Virus record (IMG/VR): IMGVR_UViG_3300020043_000861
Location: 1-24,215 of that record
Reading direction: 5' to 3' (one strand)
Origin: a virus
Lineage: Duplodnaviria; Caudoviricetes
Length of the DNA: 24,215 nucleotides
Notes under the pieces: generated by a model
Seen by the model: the letters and a program-made list of their open reading frames with translations, nothing else
Database searches by the model: none
Told to the model about the DNA's origin: nothing
In this document: positions 9,685 through 18,968 of the stretch, piece by piece
Layout: every line of letters starts with the position of its first letter
Position numbering within the stretch: the first letter of the stretch is position 1
Made by a program: the position numbers and the translations under genes

Positions 9685-10389
9685 ATGACTTGGGTAGCAG
9701 TAGCAATTGGTGGATCAGCCCTTTTAGGGTATGCGGGGGCTAAGAAACAAGCCAGTGCCGCAGAGCGTGGCGCACAAATGCAATCTGATGCGGCTGCCCG
9801 AGCTGCTGCCCTCCAAGAAAAGCAATATGAGGATTTAGCCCCATATCGTGCTTCTGGTCAAATGGGCTTGAGCAAAATCCAAGAGATGCTTCCTTACTTT
9901 ACAAGAGAAGTAACGGCAGAGGATTTGCGATCAATGCCAGGTTTCACCTTTGGCCTAGAACAAGGCACAGGGGCGGCTGGTCAGGCAATGAATGTTGGTG
10001 GCGGTGGCTCTAATGTAGATATGGCAAGACGCAAATTTGCTATTGATTACGCCACTAATGTTGGATTGCCACAATATATTTCTCAAAGAACTGGCATTTA
10101 CAACACCTTGGCAAACATTGCGGGTATTGGTCAAAAGAGCCAAGAACAATCTGGAGGCATTGCTTCTAACATTGGTCAACTTGGTATTGGTGGCGCTACA
10201 GCTTTGGGTGCGGGTCAAATTGGTGCGGCTAACGCAATGGCTGGCGCTTATGGTGGCGTTGGAAATGCTTTGACATTGGCGAGTTTATTAAACCCGCAAG
10301 GTGGCGGTGGCATAACGCCAGGCGGTGCAACAGCCATGAACCCTGCATTAAGCCCTTATTTCACACCTACACCACCCCCAATAGGCTGA
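9685..10389 (+). CDS. DNA ejection (transfer) protein, P22 gp7-like
   Basis: Hydrophobic N-terminus, PYR.SG...L and PGF.FGLEQG motifs, Gly/Ala-rich tail. ATG at 9685 with GAAGGGG upstream. Confidence 0.72.
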   Translation: MTWVAVAIGGSALLGYAGAKKQASAAERGAQMQSDAAARAAALQEKQYEDLAPYRASGQMGLSKIQEMLPYFTREVTAEDLRSMPGFTFGLEQGTGAAGQAMNVGGGGSNVDMARRKFAIDYATNVGLPQYISQRTGIYNTLANIAGIGQKSQEQSGGIASNIGQLGIGGATALGAGQIGAANAMAGAYGGVGNALTLASLLNPQGGGGITPGGATAMNPALSPYFTPTPPPIG

Positions 10390-10400
10390 TTGGATAAAAA

Positions 10401-11906
10401 ATGGCAGATTTCAACATTAAACCCATCGGCACAGAAGTTCGCCCTGTTCAGGGTGCGTCTTTAGGAGACATGATAAATGTTGCCCGTGGCGCACAACAGT
10501 ACCAACAAGCGGCTCAAATTAACCCGTTAGAACTTCAACAAAAGCAACAACTAACTCGCACAGGCGAGATTGCTTTAAGTGTTGAAGAACAAAAAGACAA
10601 AGAGCGCATCAATATGCAAAGGGTGATGTCTGATCCATCACTTTATTCAACTAATGGCAAATATGATCCCGCCAAAGCAACAGCGATTGCAACTCAAGTT
10701 GCCCCGTTGACGGGTTTGTCATATCTCAAAGATATGGCGGGTGCTTTTGGGGCACAAGAAAAAATTAAAAATGCGGCAACAGGTGCTGAATCTTCTGCAA
10801 TGGAGTTTGCCAATAAGCAAGTCAATGCTATTGCGGGTCGTTTAACAAGTCTGATCAACAATCCTTTGATTATTGCTGCCGAGCAAAATCCTCAAGCGGT
10901 TAATGCCAATCAACTGGCAGAAATTATCAAAAATTATGGCGAAGATCAAGCATCTGCATTAGGTATGTCAAAAGACAAAGCTAGTCAATTGATGCAACCT
11001 TACTTAGATCAAACAAAAAACCCTGCGGGGATTCGTCAGTTCTTAAAAGACAAGTTGTTAAGCACTTTGGATCAAGGATCACGAATTACAGCCATGCAAC
11101 CTACTGGCGTGGCTGTCAGTACTGGTGCGGGTGGGGCTACTGTTCAGACGGGTCAGTTTGGCCCTTATGCGCCTGGTCAAGCCTTGCCTGGCACAACGTT
11201 CGAGACTCAAATCCCGCCAACCGCAGAAGTTGTTTCTGCAACAGGCGCAAAGAAAATGATTGGCCCAATGTCTCAGCGTGGTACAGCAGACCTTACGACA
11301 AATCTTGGCCCTGCTCAAACAGCGTTGTTGACAGCGGGTGGGGAAACTATTGGTTCAGACCTACAAATAACTTTGAAAGAAGGCGCAGAAGCGCCTGGTC
11401 GTGTTGCCATCTTTCAGAACATCAAAAAGTTTACCCCCGATGCTTTCACAGGCGTTGGTGGTCAACGCAAAGAATTGGCTGCGGGTATTCTCAACGCCAT
11501 TGGTATTCCTGCTTACGAAGCTGAAAAAGTTAGCACCGAGCAGTTGGCAAAGAACTCTGCTTTGTTGACCTTGGCGGGTGGTAATACAGATGCGGCAAGG
11601 GCTTTGGCTGAAGTTGCCACTCCTAATAAGAAGCTAGATGAGAAAGCCATTCTTGCAATTGCTAATCAGATGATTGGCATTGAGAACATGAAAATTGCAA
11701 AGTCTAATTATTTAGGCCCTGTTCAGAATGATGCAATTCAATATGGTCAACGCAAATTGCAGTTTGATCAGATTGCCGATCCCCGAATCTTCCAAGAAAT
11801 GACTGCCCAAGATGTTGCCAAATTAAAGGCTTCCATGTCTCCCGCAGAACAGGCAGAATTGACCCGTAAGATTCGTTTGGCACGACAAATGGGGATTATT
11901 CGATAA
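10401..11906 (+). CDS. Internal virion / DNA ejection protein (gp20 position)
   Basis: 501-aa Gln/Ala-rich helical protein lying between the gp7-like and the large ejection gene. Call rests on synteny. Confidence 0.6.
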   Translation: MADFNIKPIGTEVRPVQGASLGDMINVARGAQQYQQAAQINPLELQQKQQLTRTGEIALSVEEQKDKERINMQRVMSDPSLYSTNGKYDPAKATAIATQVAPLTGLSYLKDMAGAFGAQEKIKNAATGAESSAMEFANKQVNAIAGRLTSLINNPLIIAAEQNPQAVNANQLAEIIKNYGEDQASALGMSKDKASQLMQPYLDQTKNPAGIRQFLKDKLLSTLDQGSRITAMQPTGVAVSTGAGGATVQTGQFGPYAPGQALPGTTFETQIPPTAEVVSATGAKKMIGPMSQRGTADLTTNLGPAQTALLTAGGETIGSDLQITLKEGAEAPGRVAIFQNIKKFTPDAFTGVGGQRKELAAGILNAIGIPAYEAEKVSTEQLAKNSALLTLAGGNTDAARALAEVATPNKKLDEKAILAIANQMIGIENMKIAKSNYLGPVQNDAIQYGQRKLQFDQIADPRIFQEMTAQDVAKLKASMSPAEQAELTRKIRLARQMGIIR

Positions 11907-14161
11907 TGGCAACACTTGCTGAACTGTGGGAAGCGGAAGCCCCAGCGCCAGTTAAAAGCGCAAAAGTTCCATCTCAAGATCAAGCCATGCGTGAAAAAAG
12001 CCGAATGGATATTCTCCAAGCGGAGATGAAAAGCGCCCAAGAAAGACTTGCCAAAGGCGATGCTAGAGCGCAAAGAGACATTGAGGCTTTGACCCGTGAG
12101 ATGGGTGGCAAGGTTGCCCGTACAACGCCTACAGTGACTCCAACTGCCACACCTACTGCCGCCCCCGCTACAAGTGGCACATTGGCTGATCTGTGGGAAT
12201 CAACCCCTGCGGCTACAACTAAAGAACAACCCAAAGAGCAAGTCACAGAAGAAAAAAAGCAAGGCGGCACTGCCGTAGGTCGCAAGGCGGCTGAGTTGCT
12301 TGGGGCAGCACAAAAAGCCAAACAAGAGTTTGGTGCAAGTGTTGCATCTTTGGCTGATGTGACTGTGGGCGGGATTATCCCAGGCATTTCAGGCCCTGTG
12401 ACTTACGCTGGCGCACGATTTATTGGCAAGACACCAGAGCAAGCCGCAGCCCTTGAGCAAAAGGTTGTCGGTGCTACTGAGAAGCCATTTGGCAAGTTAT
12501 TGGGCGTGACCGAGACTCAGGCTTACAAAGGCGAAGCAAGCCGACAGTTGATGGACTTCATTGGTCAAAACATCAACAAAGGTGCTGAATGGATTTCTCA
12601 GAAAACAGGCGTTCCTGTTAATGATGTGCAAAACATGATTGGCACTGCGACTGTGGCGGCTGCCCCCGCAGTTAGCAAAGCGGCAACCACCACTGCAAAA
12701 GTTATTCAAGAGACCGCCCCTGTTGTGGGTAAGAAATTAGGCGTTGGCGAATTGCAAGTTCAACCTACTGCCCCACCAACTGCCCCGACTGCCCCATCTG
12801 GCGGCATGGTGAGTGCTGGTGCTGCGGTCGTTCCTGATGCCACCACAATCAAGCAAGCCTTGTCTGTGGCAACTCCTGAACTACAACAAGCGATTGCCTC
12901 CATTCCTGTTGACAAAGTAAACATTCCAACTTTGCAACGGCACATTGAGGCTGACACATTGCCTGTCCCCGTTCGTTTGACAGAAGGCCAAGCCACTGGT
13001 GATGTGGTCAAGTTATCCAACGAACAAAACAGGCGTGGCAAAGACCCTGTGTTGGCTCAACGATTCAATGAACAGAATGGTCAGCTTGTCGAGAATCTTG
13101 GTTTGATTCGTGACAAAGCCGCCCCTGATGTGTACGGCACAAAGAAGATTGAGAACAGCCAAGGCATTATTGATGCCTACAAAGAGTTGGACACCAATCT
13201 AAACAAAGGGATTGATGCAGATTATCAAGCCTTGCGTGATGCCGCTGGTGGTCAGTTTCCTGTTGATGCCCCTCAATTGCTCAAAAATGTACAGTCAAAA
13301 CTTAAAAAAGAATTGCTGTCTAACGAAGCACCAGCGGGTCAGTTTAGTGAATTGAAACGATTGGCTGACAGCAACGCTATGACCTTTGAGGACTATTTGT
13401 CTCTGAGGCGAAATCTTGGCGCTATTGCTAGAACAAGCCAAGATGGAAACACTCGCAAAGCCGCCAGTTACATGATTGAAGAATTGGAAAAGTTGCCTTT
13501 GCAGAAGGAAGCGGCAGCCCTTAAGCCTTTGGCTGACAAAGCAAGAGCATCTGCAAGAGCAAGATTCCAAATGCTTGAAAAAGACCCCGCCATGAAAGCG
13601 GCTGTAGAAGATTCTGTTCCCGCAGATAAATTTATTGACAAGTTTGTGGTCAATGGCGTGAACAAGAACATCAACACAATGGTTGAGCATTTGGGCAGAG
13701 ACTCACCCGCCCATCAGCACATGGCTGCGGGAACTGTGAATTGGTTAAAAGACAAGGCAGGGATTGTTGACGAAACTGGCAACTTCAGCCAAGCGGGTTA
13801 CAACAAGGCTCTCAAGCAATTAGATGATGTTCAAAACCTGAACATGATTTTTAATCAAGAGGCTGCCTCACAACTCAAGACTTTGGGAAATGTGGCACGA
13901 TATACCCAAGCACAGCCCCGTGGTGCGTTTGTAAACAACTCCAATACATTGGTGGGTGCGCTTGCTGAAAAAGCGGGTAAAGGCGTTGCTATGGGCGTGG
14001 AAAGTGGTTTGAACTTGGCAGTGCCAGGCTTACAGCTTGGAACTTCTGTGATGGAGATGAGAGCAAGACGAGCCGCAGAAGCACAAACCAAAAAGGCGCT
14101 TGAGACAGGCGCTGGTACTCAACAGACTGGCAAAAACAAAGTTCAAGATTTGGGGAAATAA
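11906..14161 (+). CDS. Large internal virion / DNA ejection protein (gp16 position)
   Basis: 751-aa Ala/Lys-rich helical protein with LTEGQATG and VNNSNT motifs; last structural gene before the lysis cassette. Confidence 0.62.
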   Translation: MATLAELWEAEAPAPVKSAKVPSQDQAMREKSRMDILQAEMKSAQERLAKGDARAQRDIEALTREMGGKVARTTPTVTPTATPTAAPATSGTLADLWESTPAATTKEQPKEQVTEEKKQGGTAVGRKAAELLGAAQKAKQEFGASVASLADVTVGGIIPGISGPVTYAGARFIGKTPEQAAALEQKVVGATEKPFGKLLGVTETQAYKGEASRQLMDFIGQNINKGAEWISQKTGVPVNDVQNMIGTATVAAAPAVSKAATTTAKVIQETAPVVGKKLGVGELQVQPTAPPTAPTAPSGGMVSAGAAVVPDATTIKQALSVATPELQQAIASIPVDKVNIPTLQRHIEADTLPVPVRLTEGQATGDVVKLSNEQNRRGKDPVLAQRFNEQNGQLVENLGLIRDKAAPDVYGTKKIENSQGIIDAYKELDTNLNKGIDADYQALRDAAGGQFPVDAPQLLKNVQSKLKKELLSNEAPAGQFSELKRLADSNAMTFEDYLSLRRNLGAIARTSQDGNTRKAASYMIEELEKLPLQKEAAALKPLADKARASARARFQMLEKDPAMKAAVEDSVPADKFIDKFVVNGVNKNINTMVEHLGRDSPAHQHMAAGTVNWLKDKAGIVDETGNFSQAGYNKALKQLDDVQNLNMIFNQEAASQLKTLGNVARYTQAQPRGAFVNNSNTLVGALAEKAGKGVAMGVESGLNLAVPGLQLGTSVMEMRARRAAEAQTKKALETGAGTQQTGKNKVQDLGK

Positions 14162-14364
14162 TGTCTGACATTGATTTGGTCAAATATGGCGTTCTTTGGC
14201 AAAAGGTCGAATCTATGGAGGCCAAGATCGACAAGATGGAAAGCCAATTAGAAACCCTCATTGAATTAGCCAACAAAGGTCGTGGTGGCTTTTGGATGGG
14301 CATGACATTTGTTTCTGCCATCTCCACAGTTATGGGTTACTTTAGCCATCACTGGACAAAATGA
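14161..14364 (+). CDS. Small coiled-coil protein with a C-terminal TM segment (holin/antiholin-like)
   Basis: Heptad segment followed by GRGGFWMGMTFVSAISTVMGYF; coupled start and stop; heads the lysis region. Confidence 0.6.
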   Translation: MSDIDLVKYGVLWQKVESMEAKIDKMESQLETLIELANKGRGGFWMGMTFVSAISTVMGYFSHHWTK

Positions 14365-14645
14365 AATGGCTTTTTGTTGGGTTGCTGACCATGTGTGTGT
14401 TAGCGGCTTCCCAACAGAAATGCGTGGTTGCGGATTTTTATGGCCTCAGTTGGCTTGGCAATCCAACAGAGAGAAACCAAAGGCTTTCTGAGTGGCTGAC
14501 CATTAATGGAAACTCATGTTCCACAGACCAATTACTTGCGATTTGGAACAATCTTGCTATGTGGGCGGGAACTGCGGATAGCGGAGAATTAAGAGCCAAA
14601 GTGCTGTTTTATTATGCGAGGGCAACGGAGAGGGAAAAGAAATGA
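14361..14645 (+). CDS. Putative exported protein
   Basis: Signal-peptide-like N-terminus MKWLFVGLLTMCVLA; ATGA overlaps at both ends. Confidence 0.6.
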   Translation: MKWLFVGLLTMCVLAASQQKCVVADFYGLSWLGNPTERNQRLSEWLTINGNSCSTDQLLAIWNNLAMWAGTADSGELRAKVLFYYARATEREKK

Positions 14646-14878
14646 TCACCTTAAACAAATGGTATCCCCTTGTCCAACCCACCCACACTGCTAGAGAATT
14701 GGCTTTTGACAAGGCAGTTGAGAAAGTTCAAGAAGAATACAGATATGCAATGGAATGTCTTAAACAAGTTAGAAAGACTGAAGATTTGGAACTAGAACTT
14801 TACGACAAAAGGGCTAGGCAAAACACCATTGAACTTGGATCATTCGAAGATCGCAGAAGATTCCAAATCTTTGTATGA
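14642..14878 (+). CDS. Hypothetical protein
   Basis: ATGA-coupled, GGAGAGGG upstream, charged helical sequence. Confidence 0.6.
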   Translation: MITLNKWYPLVQPTHTARELAFDKAVEKVQEEYRYAMECLKQVRKTEDLELELYDKRARQNTIELGSFEDRRRFQIFV

Positions 14879-14885
14879 GGGCAAT

Positions 14886-15128
14886 ATGGAAAACACAACA
14901 AGCACTAAAGAAAAACTGACGCTGTATGTGACCCTAATGGTCAGCACCACATTGTGCATTTCTGTTCTGTCAATGGTCTTTGCATTTATGTTGGGTTTGT
15001 GGGCAAAGGAAGTGGACAACGCTGAGATATTCAAGATGATCAGCCCCGCCTTTAGCACTTTGATTGGCGGCATGATTGGCTTTCTGTCAGGCATCAAACT
15101 GATGCAAAATGATGAGGACAAAAAATGA
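14886..15128 (+). CDS. Two-TM membrane protein (holin-like)
   Basis: ATG at 14886 after GAGGG. Two hydrophobic segments, the second being PAFSTLIGGMIGFLSG. Confidence 0.65.
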   Translation: MENTTSTKEKLTLYVTLMVSTTLCISVLSMVFAFMLGLWAKEVDNAEIFKMISPAFSTLIGGMIGFLSGIKLMQNDEDKK

Positions 15129-15532
15129 TTGGACTAGATGCACTTTTAAACGTGGGCGGCAAGCTGATTGACAAGCTAATTCCTGACCCAGAGGCCAAAG
15201 CCAAAGCGCAGCTTGAATTGCAAAAGATGGCTCAAGATGGTGAGTTGGCAAAAATGGCTAACGAGACCAAACTTTATGAGACCGAGCAAAACAACCTTAC
15301 ACAGCGTGTTCAGGCCGACATGGGGTCTGACTCTTGGTTGTCCAAAAATATTCGCCCTATGACCCTTATATTCCTTTTGGTTGCCTATTCAGGCTTTGCC
15401 ATTGCATCGATCTTTGAGTACGAAACCCGTGGCGCTTATGTTGAGTTGTTGGGTCAGTGGGGGATGTTGGTGATGTCGTTCTACTTTGGCGGCAGAACAA
15501 TGGAAAAAATTGCTGATAGGGTGAAAAAATGA
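15125..15532 (+). CDS. Holin, 3-TM (GTA holin-like) family
   Basis: GKLIDKLIPDP..KAKAQLEL...SWLSKNIRP...FYFGGRTMEK pattern; immediately upstream of the endolysin. Confidence 0.8.
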   Translation: MIGLDALLNVGGKLIDKLIPDPEAKAKAQLELQKMAQDGELAKMANETKLYETEQNNLTQRVQADMGSDSWLSKNIRPMTLIFLLVAYSGFAIASIFEYETRGAYVELLGQWGMLVMSFYFGGRTMEKIADRVKK

Positions 15533-15957
15533 ACTTGACCGACCACTTTACACTTGAAGAACTGACCCACACTGATCACAGGCAGTATGACAACACCCCG
15601 AATGATGCAGAACTTGAGAACATTAAACGATTGGCTGAGTTCCTTGAGGAAGTCAAAACTGTATTGGGTGGTAAGCCCATCATGGTTAATTCAGCTTTCA
15701 GGTCTAAACAAGTCAATGATGCTGTGGGGTCTAAAGACACTTCTCAGCATCGGATCGGCTGTGCTGCTGACATTCGTGTACCCGCTATGACCCCCGACCA
15801 AGTGGTCAGAGCCGTGATTGCTTCAGGCATCGGCTACGACCAAGTGATCAGGGAGTTTGACCGCTGGACACACATCAGCATCCCCAACCAAGAGGGTGGA
15901 ACACCCCGCAAGCAAGCCTTGATCATTGACAAACAAGGCACTAGGGTTTTTACTTAA
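15529..15957 (+). CDS. Endolysin, peptidase M15A family (Zn-dependent)
   Basis: HFTLEEL, NSAFRS..VN.AVG, SQHxxGxAAD (Zn ligands H and D) and WTHIS motifs. Confidence 0.88.
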   Translation: MNLTDHFTLEELTHTDHRQYDNTPNDAELENIKRLAEFLEEVKTVLGGKPIMVNSAFRSKQVNDAVGSKDTSQHRIGCAADIRVPAMTPDQVVRAVIASGIGYDQVIREFDRWTHISIPNQEGGTPRKQALIIDKQGTRVFT

Positions 15958-16132
15958 TTTGATATTGGCGTAAGTGTTTGCCTGTCAGTCTCATAATCCA
16001 ACAAGACTGACAAATCCACTTATGCCCCATATCAACCCCGCCCTCTGGTGGTTTGGTTTCATCACATTTATTACAAGTTCGTAATCTGTGAACTGGCTGA
16101 TTGCCGTTCAGACCGAGTGGGTACATTGCCAT
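15950..16132 (-). CDS. Small zinc-finger-like protein
   Basis: CNKC...WICQSC pair of CxxC motifs; last gene of the leftward arm. Confidence 0.55.
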   Translation of the reverse strand: MAMYPLGLNGNQPVHRLRTCNKCDETKPPEGGVDMGHKWICQSCWIMRLTGKHLRQYQIK

Positions 16133-16434
16133 TCTCTTTCGCTTCTGCCTGAGTTTGATTTGACTGTGTTGCCTGTCAATTCAATCAGACCAATTATTTT
16201 CATTTCGTTGAGCCGCCTGGCAACCTGATTGCTGTCCAAATTGGTATGCGCTGAGATGCCATCCTTGCCTAGTGGCCCGTGTGTTTGGAGGCACTCCAAG
16301 ATAACTTGGTGGTGTTGATTGGCGGTTTCCTTGATGGAATCTGCCGCCTGAAACGATGTTAGGGGATCATTTGCCCTTACTCTTGGGAATTCGGGCATGG
16401 CGAAAATTCTCTTAAATGCGTCTTTATAGTCCAT
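16108..16434 (-). CDS. Winged helix-turn-helix DNA-binding protein
   Basis: R..DP.TS..AA motif, then ILECL..HG....I.....L..NQVARRLNE...GLIE.TG....SGR..REW. AGGA upstream. Confidence 0.75.
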   Translation of the reverse strand: MDYKDAFKRIFAMPEFPRVRANDPLTSFQAADSIKETANQHHQVILECLQTHGPLGKDGISAHTNLDSNQVARRLNEMKIIGLIELTGNTVKSNSGRSEREWQCTHSV

Positions 16435-16452
16435 GATATTTCCTAAATAGGT

Positions 16453-16521
16453 GGGGTACTCGCTGCACTGTGTTCAATCGCAAGCTAAGATTAAACTTTG
16501 CCACAGCATCCGCTTTCCCCC
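16453..16521 (-). ncRNA. Structured intergenic RNA element with a sarcin-ricin/bulged-G-type internal loop
   Basis: Minus strand: GGGG-GAA...AGUA-CCCC closing stem, CUGU/ACAG inner stem, and GUUUAAUC/GAUUGAAC hairpin. Fills the non-coding gap. Confidence 0.45.
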
Positions 16522-16526
16522 GTTAA

Positions 16527-16763
16527 TCAAAAATCGATGTCATCATCCTTTGGCAAGCCTTTGTAATCGTCTTTGGGCTTTGGTTCATTCATGTATGCCC
16601 AACCATTCCATCCACCATCGATAAGCGGAATCATGTCAAGTTTAAGCATCGGGCCGTTCTTGGTCTCAATGACCGAGCCAATGTTTTGGTAGCGGGATTT
16701 CTCCACACCATCTTTGTTTTTGTATTTACCTGAAACAATGGTAATTTCGTAGAGTTTAGACAT
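16527..16763 (-). CDS. Small ssDNA-binding-like protein
   Basis: G.Y...DG.EK.RY..IG beta-rich core with acidic C-terminal tail DDDIDF; adjacent to the exonuclease and annealing protein. Confidence 0.65.
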   Translation of the reverse strand: MSKLYEITIVSGKYKNKDGVEKSRYQNIGSVIETKNGPMLKLDMIPLIDGGWNGWAYMNEPKPKDDYKGLPKDDDIDF

Positions 16764-17382
16764 TTTTGACTTTCATAAGTTTATTGATTTTGTCATCCAG
16801 TTCAGCAAGGAATTGGACAATTTCAGCTTCTATTAGTCTGATGAACACTTCATCCCGTGGGACTCTTGTTACAAACAATTGAAGTTCCTCTGGCAGACGA
16901 TTGTCAAAAGACACAAAGTCACACCACTGTCGCCCTGTGCAAGCCATCTGAAACTGCATCTGGGTGTTGTACTTGCCTAGCACTGATTGACTAAGCAAAG
17001 TCTCAATGTGCGTGGCAGTGTTGGGGCATTTGATCTCAATCAGACCATCATCACCCACCAAGCCATCAGGAGAAGCGCCAGCCATGATTATTGAGGGATG
17101 GGGTACAAACCCCACTTCATCAACCAAAACATCCTGTAAAGCCTCATAAGCGGCTCTGGCAAGGGGTTCTGTGTCTGTGCCATGTTGCATGGCAGCGTTC
17201 GTGAAACTCTCACCCTTTTGACCTGTGAGGCGTTCACACACCAACTGAGCCATGTAGTTGTCACGGGTTGCTGAATAGCCCGTCTTTGTCTTGGCAAGAA
17301 CGTCAGCTACACGAGATGCGGTGACTTTGCCAATTCGGACTTGAAACCAAGATTCCGAACCCTGATCCATCATTTCAATCAT
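16756..17382 (-). CDS. YqaJ-like / lambda-exonuclease family 5'-3' exonuclease
   Basis: QGSESW...RIGKVTAS, M.HG...EP.AR..YE, GASPDGLV, IEIKCP, Y..QMQ.QM..TG..WCDFVS. Confidence 0.92.
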   Translation of the reverse strand: MIEMMDQGSESWFQVRIGKVTASRVADVLAKTKTGYSATRDNYMAQLVCERLTGQKGESFTNAAMQHGTDTEPLARAAYEALQDVLVDEVGFVPHPSIIMAGASPDGLVGDDGLIEIKCPNTATHIETLLSQSVLGKYNTQMQFQMACTGRQWCDFVSFDNRLPEELQLFVTRVPRDEVFIRLIEAEIVQFLAELDDKINKLMKVKNV

Positions 17383-17588
17383 TTTTTCATACCCCTTATG
17401 TATGCTGTAAAACTGCCGATTGTGTCTTTGCCAAACGCTGTCATTTTTTCTATTTCTTTTGCCACTTCCTCAAGCACTTGATTGCGTTGTGAGGGTGAGA
17501 CAAAAACATCCCAATGGTATGGCTGACCACTTTTCATTTCCGCTTCATGGGCGATGCGGTCGAATTCATCATCTTCATCTGTTTTCAT
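17379..17588 (-). CDS. Hypothetical protein
   Basis: Coupled ATGA overlaps; contains RNQVLEEVAKEIE, a segment typical of small phage proteins. Confidence 0.65.
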   Translation of the reverse strand: MKTDEDDEFDRIAHEAEMKSGQPYHWDVFVSPSQRNQVLEEVAKEIEKMTAFGKDTIGSFTAYIRGMKK

Positions 17589-18139
17589 AGTTTGGCCTTT
17601 GCTTTGTCTTTGGCTGCAATGACTTTGATCTGCCAGGCTTTGTCGCCATCACAAGCCGCATACGCTACTTTATAGGCAATCTTGAGTTCGTCTTGAGTGG
17701 TGGCGCTTTCAATAGCCGCAAACAAGTCTGTCATTGTGTCAGGCTCAATGGTTGACTCAGGCTCTATGAAAGACGGGAGATCATCTCCGTTGTAGATGTA
17801 CAGACCGAGACCATGCAAGCTGAGTGCCTTGGTCATGCACCGCATGATGGCTGTATTCACTTGGAAAGCATCAGGGTTCACGATGGCTTTGTTGCGGTGA
17901 TCCATCACAGGGAGTTGGCAAGTCATTGGCTTGTCAAACATGGTGACAGTAACCCACACCATTGCTGTGCCGTTGATGTCCATAAAGCACTTGTCACCAA
18001 ACATCTCAACCTTGAACGAGGCTTTGGCATCAGCTTTAAGTGCTTCAGCCCATGCCCAAGCCCAAGACAAGTAAGTCAGATTGGCTTTCTTCTCAGTGTG
18101 TTCGTTGACATTCAAAGTCAGTAAATTAGCGATTGACAT
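17585..18139 (-). CDS. Single-strand annealing protein, Sak3/DUF1071 (Rad52-like)
   Basis: NVNEHTEKK..LTYLSWAWAW, LPVMDHRNK, N.AIMRC.TKA..LHGLGLYIY.G.DLP signatures. Confidence 0.85.
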   Translation of the reverse strand: MSIANLLTLNVNEHTEKKANLTYLSWAWAWAEALKADAKASFKVEMFGDKCFMDINGTAMVWVTVTMFDKPMTCQLPVMDHRNKAIVNPDAFQVNTAIMRCMTKALSLHGLGLYIYNGDDLPSFIEPESTIEPDTMTDLFAAIESATTQDELKIAYKVAYAACDGDKAWQIKVIAAKDKAKAKL

Positions 18140-18147
18140 GATGATCC

Positions 18148-18420
18148 TTAGAATTGATATTTAGGGCCACAAGACACTTCAATAACTGTCTCGACTGTGT
18201 AGCCACCGACCTTGCGTTTTGCGTACAAGGGAATGGCACGAAGTCCTGATGACTCGCACTGGCGCACAGCATCGATCACTTCATTGCGACCCATTGGCTG
18301 CACTTGCTTGTCAACGATCAGGTCTTGATTGGGGGGTGATGGCACATGGCCTGGCATCATTGAGCATCCAGTTGTAACAATGCCAAGAGTGCATAAAAGG
18401 GTGAATGTAAACATTTTCAT
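18148..18420 (-). CDS. Putative lipoprotein
   Basis: Hydrophobic leader ending in a lipobox-like TTG-C, plus two further Cys residues. Confidence 0.65.
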   Translation of the reverse strand: MKMFTFTLLCTLGIVTTGCSMMPGHVPSPPNQDLIVDKQVQPMGRNEVIDAVRQCESSGLRAIPLYAKRKVGGYTVETVIEVSCGPKYQF

Positions 18421-18602
18421 GATTCTTCTTTCAAATAAGTTGTTAAGCGTTTGATTCGGTCGGAGTGATAGTCAGCCATGCGCTTGGCGTATTCTTGGGC
18501 GCTAAGAGCCTCTAACAGCTTGCGTTGTGCCATTTCAAGTTCTTTAGCAGCCAACTCTTTTGGTGATGGCAAGCGGAAATAATCTTTGAATTTGTCAATC
18601 AT
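18417..18602 (-). CDS. Hypothetical helical protein (61 aa)
   Basis: ATG at 18602 with GGAG upstream, preferred over the track start at 18665, which overlaps a separate small ORF. Confidence 0.7.
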   Translation of the reverse strand: MIDKFKDYFRLPSPKELAAKELEMAQRKLLEALSAQEYAKRMADYHSDRIKRLTTYLKEES

Positions 18603-18604
18603 GG

Positions 18605-18697
18605 TCAGCCTCTCCATGCGAGCATTACGCCCCAACCACCAAAGATGATGATCGCCAATGTCCATTCGACAATTGTTGTGATGATCTTAGATTTCAT
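18605..18697 (-). CDS. 30-aa single-TM micro-protein (not in the ORF track)
   Basis: Translates as MKSKIITTIVEWTLAIIIFGGWGVMLAWRG*. AAGGA SD upstream; fills the gap between its neighbours. Confidence 0.6.
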   Translation of the reverse strand: MKSKIITTIVEWTLAIIIFGGWGVMLAWRG

Positions 18698-18959
18698 TTT
18701 GTTCCTTTAGCATACGAGCGTGATGAATCTTGGCCTCAGACACAATGCGTTCAAATTCGGATGAGGACAGATCGCAAGAAATGTCATCACCCTTTTCGCT
18801 AAAGACAAACACATCGTATATTTCTGCTGAGTTGTGGTCATGGGGCAGATTGTGTTCTTCTGGGTAGTAGTCATAACCGACCTTGACTTTCTCAAGGGTT
18901 GTGCCATCGTCATAAGTGACGAATTCATCAAAGTGGTATTGGAGTTTGTAGTCAATCAT
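18687..18959 (-). CDS. Acidic hypothetical protein
   Basis: AAGGA SD before ATG 18959; 90 aa, Asp/Glu-rich. Confidence 0.7.
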   Translation of the reverse strand: MIDYKLQYHFDEFVTYDDGTTLEKVKVGYDYYPEEHNLPHDHNSAEIYDVFVFSEKGDDISCDLSSSEFERIVSEAKIHHARMLKEQNEI

Positions 18960-18968
18960 TTGGTTTCC

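Noticed and set aside
18707-18955. Second minus-frame ORF overlapping 18687-18959
   Set aside because: Low-complexity Thr/Met sequence, poor SD spacing and no motif support, unlike the MTase overlap.
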